Shown in pieces: positions 20,130 to 28,327 of a DNA stretch of 32,000 nucleotides. The notes under the pieces were generated by a model that saw only the letters and a list, made by a program, of their open reading frames with translations, was not told the DNA's origin and did not search any database. Source of the stretch: Candidatus Helarchaeota ASGARD archaeon Hel_GB_B (GTDB lineage Archaea; Asgardarchaeota; Lokiarchaeia; Helarchaeales; HEL-GB-B); the NCBI GenBank assembly GCA_005191425.1, contig SUPR01000020.1:8519-40518 (forward strand), given 5' to 3'. Every line of letters starts with the position of its first letter. The stretch's first letter is position 1. The translations under genes were made by a program, and so were the position numbers.

Positions 20130-20837
20130 ATGCAAACTAAAAATTTGATCTCTGATAAAAAAGGAATAATATTCTGCGATTTAGAAGGTGTATTGACTGA
20201 ATTAAAATCTACTTGGGAAAAATTAAATATTGAACTGGGGATGTCTGAAAAAGAAGACTACGACCTTTATAATAAATTCATCTCTGGATCATTAGATTAT
20301 CCTGGTTGGGCTAACGAAATTTATTCAAAATGGAAAAAATATTCCGAATTTAAATTGACTAAAAAATTTTTTCAAGATTTTTTTGAGCAAAATCTTCTTA
20401 TTAGAAAAGGTGCAATATCTTTTATTGAAAAATGCAAAAAAAACTTTATTTTTGTGGTAATTTCAGGGTCTCCTGATATGAACTGTAGACTAGCAAAAGA
20501 AAAACTAAATTTTGATAGATATTATTCCTTAAATAAATTAATCTTTGATTCAAATAGAAAATTAATCGGAATTTTTGGCGATAAAAATGGCTTCAATAAA
20601 GATAAAATTATGACTAAAATTATTGAAGAATATAACTTTAAATTAGACCAAAGTATAGCTATTGGAGATTCTGAAAATGATATTACAATGCTAAATAAAG
20701 CAAAATTGGGAATTTTAATCGGCGAAAATTTAAAATTTCCCAGAATGTTAAATAAATTAAAAACAAATATTATTAAACTTAAGAAATTAGATTTTGAGAA
20801 ACTTATCAAAATAATAAATAAAAAATTTGATATTTAG
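20130..20837 (+). CDS. HAD-superfamily hydrolase, phosphoserine-phosphatase-like
   Basis: Motif I FCDLEGVL, motif II VISGS, motif IV AIGDSENDITML. Start at ATG 20130, or GTG 20118 as in the track. Confidence 0.8.
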   Translation: MQTKNLISDKKGIIFCDLEGVLTELKSTWEKLNIELGMSEKEDYDLYNKFISGSLDYPGWANEIYSKWKKYSEFKLTKKFFQDFFEQNLLIRKGAISFIEKCKKNFIFVVISGSPDMNCRLAKEKLNFDRYYSLNKLIFDSNRKLIGIFGDKNGFNKDKIMTKIIEEYNFKLDQSIAIGDSENDITMLNKAKLGILIGENLKFPRMLNKLKTNIIKLKKLDFEKLIKIINKKFDI

Positions 20838-20848
20838 ATAATAAAACT

Positions 20849-20875
20849 TCAGTTAACGACTCTCCCGGAGTCCTT
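20849..20875 (+). repeat. left arm of a 27-bp perfect inverted repeat (putative recombination site)
   Basis: TCAGTTAACGACTCTCCCGGAGTCCTT is the exact reverse complement of 22634-22660; 26/27 to 22703-22729 and 24/27 to 22565-22591. Confidence 0.92.
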
Positions 20876-20990
20876 GTGTAATATGCTAAACTTAAAAAAA
20901 ATTTATATCTCTATGCGCCTATTAAGAGAACAAGCTAGACAGGTCATTGAACAATGCAAAAAACAAGGTATCGAAATTGTAAATTGGTAG
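20850..20990 (+). other. silent alternative LRR C-terminal cap cassette (no own start codon or LRR N-terminus)
   Basis: Translates as QLTTLPESLCNMLNLKKIYISMRLLREQARQVIEQCKKQGIEIVNW-stop, colinear with the resident cap KLKTLPESFYILNNLIYLNIENNPLDESTIERLEELRSRGVSVYY-stop. Absent from the ORF track. Confidence 0.8.
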
Positions 20991-21217
20991 TTTATTCAAC
21001 ATGATTTCATTTTAATTTAAATTTGTCCTGTTCTTTTTCTATATTTTTTGTTAATATTTTCCTTTTTTACCTAATTTTATTTCATAATACAAATTCATAA
21101 TTATATTACATTCCAGTCTCTTTTTCTATTCAAGACAAAGTAAATATTATTTAATTTTGAAGATTTAAGTACCTTTTATTTCGGGTTAAAAATTCAAATT
21201 GGAGCGTGGTAATTAAT

Positions 21218-22253
21218 ATGAATATAGAATTGGTCAATAGATTAATTTTAGATGCTAAAAATATTTGTAATGCAGAGAATTTAGCCCCGTCTACTATTAA
21301 AAAAACTCAATACATTGAGACGTATTTTTCTAGGTATCGAGGACTTGACGCCCTCGGCTATAATTGAATGGGTCGAGCAGTATAGGTATGGTGCTCACAA
21401 CACAGAGTTAAGTCCTCATGGAAAAAATAACTACTACACCGCAATCAAATGGTATTTAGCAAGGGCTACTCTAGTAAAATATCCAAAAGAGGAATTGAAA
21501 AAAATCAAAAAAGTACCTGTCAGGCCAAAAGACCGCAGTGTGGACGATTTGGCACTAGAACACATCTTGCAATTTTCACCAAATACTACTTTTGAGCTGG
21601 CATTTCGATTGATAAGAGAGCGCGGCATAAGGCCGCATGAATTACTTTCAATCAGGGTAAAAGATGTTTCCAAGTCAGAGGAAGGTTATGCGGTCGTGTC
21701 ATTACAAGCAGAGAACCCCGAAGTCCCTTCAAGAAGGAACAAGACTGGCCCGAGGACTATAATATTTGTGCGAAATGCAGCTCGAATTCTAGAATTAGTC
21801 AGAGTGGTAGGTGCGGGTACAGGCCCTGAGGGCAGGCTCTTTCCATGGCGTCATGGAGTACTATCAGTTATATTCTGTAGAATGAAAAAAATGCAGGAAG
21901 AAGTGGCGAGAAGAGAAGGCTGGAACAATTTATATAGGGGTAGGTTATATGATTTAAGACATGCTGCAATTACAGAGATGTATGTCCATGGTTTCGTAGA
22001 CCAAGAAGTGCGTGCCATGGTCGGCTGGGCTCCATCTTCTAAGATGCCGGATATTTATGTCCACATCGGGACAAAACACCTGCTAGATGCTTGTAAGAGA
22101 AATGAAACAAATTACATAAATATTGAATCAAACAAGAGAAATTTAGGACTCAAGGAAACCCATTTCGGAACATTTAATAAAATAGTAAATAATTCAAAAT
22201 TATACAGAAAATTTCCGGACAACGCCAATGAAATTAATTTCTATATAAAGTAG
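21218..22253 (+). CDS. tyrosine recombinase/integrase with an apparent +1 frameshift at A7 (21299-21305)
   Basis: GIRPHELL (Arg), NKTG (Lys), YDLRH, MVGW, PDIYVH (Tyr nucleophile). The track ORF begins at TTG 21315, but an ATG at 21218 with an RBS-like GGAGCGTGGT encodes MNIELV...NLAPSTIKK in another frame. Confidence 0.85.
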
Positions 22254-22452
22254 ATTACCTACAACTAATTTCCAAATGATGTAAACAAAATAAGAACAAA
22301 ATTAGATTAAAATAAGGGATTAATAAAAGTAAGAGAGAAAAAAATAATTTTATTTAGTAAAAAGGCATGAATTGAAAAAATTATAGTAATATAATTTTAT
22401 TATAAGTAGCTGATACTCCAAATATCATTATTATTAAGTATTAACTACATTT

Positions 22453-22995
22453 TCAATAATAGACTGAAACACCTCTGGAACGTAGTTCTTCTAATCGTTC
22501 TATCGTACTTTCATCAAGCGGGTTATTTTCAATATTTAGGTAAATTAAATTATTTAATATATAAAATGACTCCGGGAGAGTCTTTAACTTATTGTCATTC
22601 AATTCAAGTTCTTGGAGTGATTTTAGGTCCCCAAAGGACTCCGGGAGAGTCGTTAACTGATTGTCCTGCAAATCAAGTTCTTGGAGTGATTTTAGAGTAC
22701 CAAAGGACTCCGGGAGAGTCGTTAATTGATTCCAGCTTAAATCAAGTATTTGGAGGTTAGTTAGCTTGAGTATGGGCTCCGGGAGATTCTTTAATCTGCA
22801 TTCATAAAGTCCCAGTCCCAATATTTTATTATCGTCCAATACCATCCCAAAAGTATCCCGTTCTATTTCATTTACTTTTGGGATTGGCTTACCAATCATA
22901 TTTTCCAATTCGGATATTATATATGAATTTATTTGTTTGGTCACATAATTTATTACATATTCATAATGCATATTCATAATGGGGATAATTTTCAA
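22453..22995 (-). CDS. leucine-rich-repeat protein (about four 23-aa repeats plus C-cap); probably the 3' part of a STAND-LRR gene
   Basis: Repeats of LxxLxLxxNxLxxLPESFxxL. Overlaps the NTPase stop by 35 nt. Confidence 0.9.
   Translation of the reverse strand: MKIIPIMNMHYEYVINYVTKQINSYIISELENMIGKPIPKVNEIERDTFGMVLDDNKILGLGLYECRLKNLPEPILKLTNLQILDLSWNQLTTLPESFGTLKSLQELDLQDNQLTTLPESFGDLKSLQELELNDNKLKTLPESFYILNNLIYLNIENNPLDESTIERLEELRSRGVSVYY
22565..22798. repeat. 69-bp-period tandem repeats encoding the LRR units, each carrying a copy of the putative recombination site
   Basis: Site copies start at 22565, 22634, 22703 and 22772 (24, 27, 26 and 19 of 27 matches to the left arm). Confidence 0.9.
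22634..22660 (-). repeat. right arm of the 27-bp perfect inverted repeat, inside the LRR coding sequence
   Basis: Plus strand AAGGACTCCGGGAGAGTCGTTAACTGA is the reverse complement of 20849-20875. Confidence 0.92.
22956..22981. repeat. perfect 13-bp tandem duplication at the NTPase/LRR junction
   Basis: CATATTCATAATG x2 (22956-22968, 22969-22981). Both ORFs therefore encode HYEY in different frames. Confidence 0.93.
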
Positions 22996-24904
22996 TAAGG
23001 TAATCTTTTAGATTTAAGAAGCCAGTAAAAGCTTCATTCAAATTACCGGCTAATTTATTCAGTATGATTGGGTTAATTTTATTGAAAATATCTTTATGGT
23101 TGTAGATTAAATTAATAAAATTTTTTAAAGAGGTAGACTGGGTGTTAGTTAAGAATTTATTTTGTGTTAAAATATCAAGGTCATTATTGATTTTGTTATA
23201 ATCGAGTTGATTTTTTAAAAAATATTGAGACAGAAGGAATGGGAGGTAAAATTTTTCGATTTGATAAAATTTTTGGTTATTAATAACGTTAATGTGGGCA
23301 ATACCCGAATTTAATAGATTTATTTTAAATTCATTTGGTATCTGTTTATTTATCAAGTATTGGTCAAGAATTCCAAGAGTGTGATTATCTAAAATGAAAG
23401 TTGTGATTTGATTTAGGTATGTGACGTAATTATCATTAAATCCAATGCGGAAAAGTAAAGTATTTTGGGCTGGGATGTCATGTCCTGTAGACACGTGTTG
23501 ATATCTAAGAAAAAGATATGTGAATTCTAGGAAGAAGGTGGGGTCTGGTAGTATTTTTGTTAATTTAAAGAGGTCATGTACCAGTCTTAGAAAATAAGGG
23601 CGTTTGCAATAGACAAATAGCGGGGAAGACTCATTGAAGTCAAGGTTATATTTTTTTAGTGCGGATTTTATTTCTCGGTCTGAGAATTCATCAAGGTTAG
23701 AAGAGTATGGATGGTCGTTTTTATAATTATAAATATAGCTTTTGAATTTAGTGTCTTGTCTTATAAGGTTGCTATAAACAATATTGTACCATTGGTTATA
23801 TCTTGAACTTGCAAAAATCTTAACATTTGAAGAATATTTAAAGGTTTGGAATGCAGAAATAATTTTATTATTATCTGAACATTCATCAAGTCCATCTAAA
23901 AAGATTATAATATTAAAATTTTGATTATCACTTAGATTTTTTATCAAATTGCACCCTTGATCCCAATCAAGTCCAAAGAGCCAATCCATTTGATAATTTA
24001 TATCTTTTCCCATATTGAAAAAGAATACAATATTATTAGTATTATCATTAATAGTAAAGAAGTTTTGGGCTAAATTAGAAAAGAGCCATGTTTTGCCACT
24101 CCCTTCAAGGCCCAGCAATACAAAAAATTTTTTATTATTGTTATTATTGATAAATGCTATTAAATTATTTTCGATATCACGGTTAACGTAAAATTTAGAG
24201 TCGAAAACAATTTCGTTACTCGAGTGCATTAATTCGAGTTGAGCAAAATGAATCTGAGCTTCGCTTAAATTTGATAGATAATTTAGATCAAAGGTAGATG
24301 GATTAGTATTATCAATATTATTTTCACTTCGGGAATTACTTATAAATTGTTTGAGCATATACAACAAATGCTCTATATTAAGATTAATAATATCAATTTT
24401 TTGAAGAGATGAATATATAATAGAGAAGTTATTTTGGAGGTTAGAGTAAAGTTGGTTAATATCTTCGGACATATAATCTTTTAATTCATTAAGAGAAGAT
24501 TGTAATTCAGTTTTCATTAAAGAAATATCATTTTTATATAAGTTGTAATTTTTTCGTAGTTCAACTTGAATAATTTCGCAAAAATCAGTGATAATAAAAT
24601 CGCCCATTTTCTGGTTTTGAGTTTTGATTAGTCCTTTTAGTTTTTCCAAGAAATTATCAAAAGTGCCATTTTTTTGGGGGTTTAGTATTACTTTTAGTCC
24701 ATCCTTTGAGACATCTCCTAGTAATTCTTTTAAAGGGGTTTGTAATTGATCCATAGAAATATTTATTCCAATATTGCTTAAGGTACTGGCCAAATATCCA
24801 GCAAGAGGGCCAGCTATTAATCCTACACTAACCCCACCTGCAACAGGGATTAAGATTTTTGCAAAAGTTTTTAATGCGTCCTTAATTTTTTTAATTATAG
24901 CCAT
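22961..24904 (-). CDS. STAND-class (NACHT-like) P-loop NTPase with N-terminal helical/hydrophobic domain; probably the 5' part of a STAND-LRR gene
   Basis: YVNR pre-P-loop, Walker A GLEGSGKT, Walker B IIIFLDGLDE, sensor-1 ASSR, CKRPYFL (GxP-like). Confidence 0.78.
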   Translation of the reverse strand: MAIIKKIKDALKTFAKILIPVAGGVSVGLIAGPLAGYLASTLSNIGINISMDQLQTPLKELLGDVSKDGLKVILNPQKNGTFDNFLEKLKGLIKTQNQKMGDFIITDFCEIIQVELRKNYNLYKNDISLMKTELQSSLNELKDYMSEDINQLYSNLQNNFSIIYSSLQKIDIINLNIEHLLYMLKQFISNSRSENNIDNTNPSTFDLNYLSNLSEAQIHFAQLELMHSSNEIVFDSKFYVNRDIENNLIAFINNNNNKKFFVLLGLEGSGKTWLFSNLAQNFFTINDNTNNIVFFFNMGKDINYQMDWLFGLDWDQGCNLIKNLSDNQNFNIIIFLDGLDECSDNNKIISAFQTFKYSSNVKIFASSRYNQWYNIVYSNLIRQDTKFKSYIYNYKNDHPYSSNLDEFSDREIKSALKKYNLDFNESSPLFVYCKRPYFLRLVHDLFKLTKILPDPTFFLEFTYLFLRYQHVSTGHDIPAQNTLLFRIGFNDNYVTYLNQITTFILDNHTLGILDQYLINKQIPNEFKINLLNSGIAHINVINNQKFYQIEKFYLPFLLSQYFLKNQLDYNKINNDLDILTQNKFLTNTQSTSLKNFINLIYNHKDIFNKINPIILNKLAGNLNEAFTGFLNLKDYLIENYPHYEYAL

Positions 24905-25127
24905 TTCTTATCCTAAGTAGTTAAAATTTAAGAAAATAAATCCTCAACAAAGAGAAAGTGATTTTAGAATATTTAAATTAATCTATAGAAAAAGAGTTAA
25001 ATTATAATTATTCAAGCTTTTGAAAAGAAGGGTGGGAATAAATTAAACTTAGTAAAAATTAAGGAAGAGGAAAGGGGTAGTAAATATTGAATGTATCATT
25101 AGAGGCAAATAAATATTAAAGTAGATA

Positions 25128-26498
25128 TTAGGAAGGTGGTTGTTCTTTTTGTCGAGCGAAGGGTAAAAGGTTTAAGACATTACGAGATGTAAGGGTATAG
25201 GGTGTATCAATTTTTCTGGTCAACAATTTGAAGTAGTTAATGGGTGGTAAGGGTTGTAATTGGGTACCGAGGATATCTTCGATGTTATCGCTTAAATTTT
25301 CGTCTATAATGATATAGCAATTTAGGTTAAAAATGCCAATGATATTGCCAGTTTCAAATTTTTTGAATTCGGATTCCAGTTCAGTTTTTTTAAGCCATAG
25401 TTGATCTCCGAAAATATAGGAGCTGAATGCATTAGTATCTTTTTCGATTCCGCCCATCATGAGCAGGAATTGGATTTGTTTTTCTTTATCAAGGATTTTA
25501 TCTTGCATTTCTTGGTAAATTTTTTGCAATGAGGTTTTGATTTCTTTAATTTTAGTGTTATAATCGAGAGGAGAGAATTGGCAGATCCAGTAGAAGGGAT
25601 AAGGGGAGTTGTTTAGAATATTAGAAAGATGGAAGGATTTATTGTAGGGTATTTGGTAAATGCGTTGGGTGGAAGTTAATGTTGGGGAATTTATTTCGAT
25701 GGACATTTTATTTAATTTTATTTTTGGGAAATTTTTAACGAGTCCGGAGTTATCAAAGAGGAGTGGGTTGGAGTTTAGGAAGGAGAAGAAGATATTTTCA
25801 GCGGAGATTTCATCATTAATAATATTGTAGTAGTAGCCGAGTCGTTCTAGGATATAAATGATACGAGTGAAAGTATCAATAAATTGAGAGATACCGGTAT
25901 TATATTTTTTAGAGTCCATAAAAAAGAAGAAATAAATAGAATAATCATGGGTTTGTTTTTCTACTTCAAAAGTGAACCTTTGGACATTTTCAAGTTTAGA
26001 TAGAGCGACGATAAAGGGGAAGATATCTTTAAAGGGTTCGAGTTCAATAATTTTAATGAAGGTGAACTTGTTTTTTGAAGGGACAACGAGGCACTCAGCT
26101 CTATATTCATAGAAGATTTTACAGAGGGGGTTAAAAAATTTGCTTGAGAATTTTAATAATATTAGGTTATTTAGAAAGAATTTATATTTCCAGACAATAA
26201 TTGGGAGTAGAAAATCCAGGGGGATGAGTGGATAGTAGACAATAAAAGAAGATGCGAGCATACAACCGTAAAGATGAATAAACCCGATATAGAAAATTAC
26301 TTTTGAGAGTTTATTTGAGAATTTATCGAATTTAAATTTAGAGAGTTTTAATATAACGAATAATCCAAGATATATAGTAAAAATTAGCAAGTAATAGGTC
26401 AAGTCACCTGTAATGGCGGCATAAATAGTAATATAGTAAAGAAATTGAATTAAATATGGTAATAACGAGGCTAGTAATAATATAAATAGTGCATACAC
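25128..26498 (-). CDS. hypothetical membrane protein (about four N-terminal TM helices plus a soluble domain, loosely VirB4/TraE N-terminal-like)
   Basis: 456-aa ORF. Soluble part has QFSPLD followed by a long helix and ends LTSRNVLNLLPF; no P-loop. Family resemblance is from memory only. Confidence 0.5.
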   Translation of the reverse strand: MYALFILLLASLLPYLIQFLYYITIYAAITGDLTYYLLIFTIYLGLFVILKLSKFKFDKFSNKLSKVIFYIGFIHLYGCMLASSFIVYYPLIPLDFLLPIIVWKYKFFLNNLILLKFSSKFFNPLCKIFYEYRAECLVVPSKNKFTFIKIIELEPFKDIFPFIVALSKLENVQRFTFEVEKQTHDYSIYFFFFMDSKKYNTGISQFIDTFTRIIYILERLGYYYNIINDEISAENIFFSFLNSNPLLFDNSGLVKNFPKIKLNKMSIEINSPTLTSTQRIYQIPYNKSFHLSNILNNSPYPFYWICQFSPLDYNTKIKEIKTSLQKIYQEMQDKILDKEKQIQFLLMMGGIEKDTNAFSSYIFGDQLWLKKTELESEFKKFETGNIIGIFNLNCYIIIDENLSDNIEDILGTQLQPLPPINYFKLLTRKIDTPYTLTSRNVLNLLPFARQKEQPPS

Positions 26499-26537
26499 AA
26501 CGATTTTAGTGATAGAGATTTTAATGGGCAGTACACC

Positions 26538-28307
26538 TCATGTCGTATTATTTAATAATTTAATTCTGCCATATTTGGGCGAGAGTTTAAGTTGTAAGTT
26601 TGATTTATATTTAGATACATAGCATTGACTGATTTCGATAATTTTATCTTTAAAATGGCTTGGAATTTTATTTATATCATCATCAAATAAGACTAATTTG
26701 ATTGAGCTGGTATCATCTTGTAGTTCAATATGCCTGAATTGGTGGTCGTTATTATTATTATCTTTAAAAGAGAAAATTGGTGATAAATTAATTACTTTAC
26801 ATTTAATATTATAGGTTCCGTGTAGTTCAAGGTCTTTAATTTTCGTAAATTCGTTTTCGATACACAAGATTTCATCTGAAATATTATCAATGTGGTCATG
26901 AGGTAATTGGAAAATTTGACTAGAGGCATTTTTTTCGAGGCAAATATCAGTTCCTCTTATTTTAGGAGTGAACCTAATTAAACGTAAGACATCGTTAGGG
27001 AGAAATTGTTTTGTATTATTAATTAAGTTAAGATAGATACAACCTGTTTCATCGCCGATCAAGAATTTTTCTAACTTATAGACATTATTATTATATTTTG
27101 GGTAGGCGATTGCTACTTTTTCAATAATTTTCACGATAAAATTTTGTTTGGAGTTAAATTCCAGGTCTTCGATGGAAGAGTATTCAAATAAATCCAAGAA
27201 ATCTTGGAGTTCTTCATTGTTAAGAGAAGAGAAATCTTTTTTGTTTACTTTAAAATCAGTAAATTGTGAGATAAGTTCGATTCTACCATTATTTTCAATA
27301 TCGAGGACTTTTTGTGGAGGAGTTAACCATTTATCGATGGAGACAAATGCGCCAATTATTTGTATTACATCACCGGAATTAAATTTTGTAGCGTGGATGC
27401 CCCATAGTTTTAATAAAATAGTACCAGTGGAATCTCCAATTCTGGCGATTGAGAAATCGATAAATTCTTCTTGAATTTTTTTTTTGATTGGTGGATCTAT
27501 AGAGAGGATTTTGCATTTAAGGTGTAAATTTCTGCGTAATTCATCAATTTCTTCAATGAAGTTAAGTTCGGGTTCGATATAATTGATAATTTTTTTTGAT
27601 GCATAAATTTTATCGAGTTTTTTGATAATGGAAACGGACTTATTAAAATGGTCAATAAACAGAGCGAGTTCAGGTCCATTAAAGGTCATGCGATATTGTA
27701 GAAGAGCATTATTTATTTCGATTTCATCGCAGATTTCAAGGTCGACAGCACCGATGTCATTAATTATTAATAACATTCTACCAGTTTCATCACCGACAAA
27801 CAATTCTACCCATTGTTTAATTCCAGTGTCGCTAAATTTTCGTTTTAAAACTGGTTCACTGACAACTTGGACTCTAGAGCTATATTTATTCCCTTCATTT
27901 TTCATATCAATAAGTTGGACTAACTCGAAGTCATGGTCAAATGTGGTTTCTAAATCGTCTTCGTTTTTATTAAAAATGAAATCATAATTTACAATTGGAA
28001 TATCAGTATCAATGATCTCAGGTTCTTCTTTAACAAGCATTTTAAATTGATGCTTATCAATCTGGATAATGCTTGCGTTCTTTATGAGTATTACATCTGA
28101 AATTTGTAGATTTTTACCATTGCCAATAAAAACTGCTTCAATTGCACCAGTTTGATCGGCGAGGATGGCTTCTCTAACTAAGGTATTAAATTCAGGTTGT
28201 AGTTTAGATTGTTCAATAGATACTATTTTTAGAATAATATTAAGATTATGAATGGGTGGAGTAATATATTCCAATTCAGTTAAATCGTCTAATTCAATTT
28301 CAGACAT
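26538..28307 (-). CDS. multi-OB-fold RPA/SSB-like ssDNA-binding protein (about five OB folds)
   Basis: Five repeats of the RPA-type motif: LADQTGA, VGDETGR, IGDSTGT, IGDETGC, LQDDTSS, spaced ~110-130 aa apart. Confidence 0.75.
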   Translation of the reverse strand: MSEIELDDLTELEYITPPIHNLNIILKIVSIEQSKLQPEFNTLVREAILADQTGAIEAVFIGNGKNLQISDVILIKNASIIQIDKHQFKMLVKEEPEIIDTDIPIVNYDFIFNKNEDDLETTFDHDFELVQLIDMKNEGNKYSSRVQVVSEPVLKRKFSDTGIKQWVELFVGDETGRMLLIINDIGAVDLEICDEIEINNALLQYRMTFNGPELALFIDHFNKSVSIIKKLDKIYASKKIINYIEPELNFIEEIDELRRNLHLKCKILSIDPPIKKKIQEEFIDFSIARIGDSTGTILLKLWGIHATKFNSGDVIQIIGAFVSIDKWLTPPQKVLDIENNGRIELISQFTDFKVNKKDFSSLNNEELQDFLDLFEYSSIEDLEFNSKQNFIVKIIEKVAIAYPKYNNNVYKLEKFLIGDETGCIYLNLINNTKQFLPNDVLRLIRFTPKIRGTDICLEKNASSQIFQLPHDHIDNISDEILCIENEFTKIKDLELHGTYNIKCKVINLSPIFSFKDNNNNDHQFRHIELQDDTSSIKLVLFDDDINKIPSHFKDKIIEISQCYVSKYKSNLQLKLSPKYGRIKLLNNTT

Positions 28308-28327
28308 TTATTTTTTATCATCTCCCA

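Noticed and set aside
20835-20990. The HAD amber stop is in frame with the LRR cap cassette (TAG ATA ATA AAA CTT CAG TTA...), suggesting pyrrolysine read-through.
   Set aside because: One-in-three chance of being in frame; the HAD domain is complete; no pyl genes in the window; a HAD fused to a lone cap makes little structural sense.
20849-22660. The repeats as attL/attR of an integrated element or as IS terminal inverted repeats.
   Set aside because: att sites of an integrated element are direct repeats; the enzyme is a tyrosine recombinase, not a DDE transposase; there is no target-site duplication; one arm is an in-frame part of a repeat array.
22566-22760. Plus-strand 64-aa ORF with RTPGESL repeats.
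   Set aside because: Antisense shadow of the 69-bp LRR repeats.
22565-22798. Regularly spaced GC-rich repeats could be a CRISPR array or a DGR target.
   Set aside because: The intervening sequences are homologous and encode in-frame LRRs; no cas genes, reverse transcriptase or adenine-specific template/variable pair in the window.
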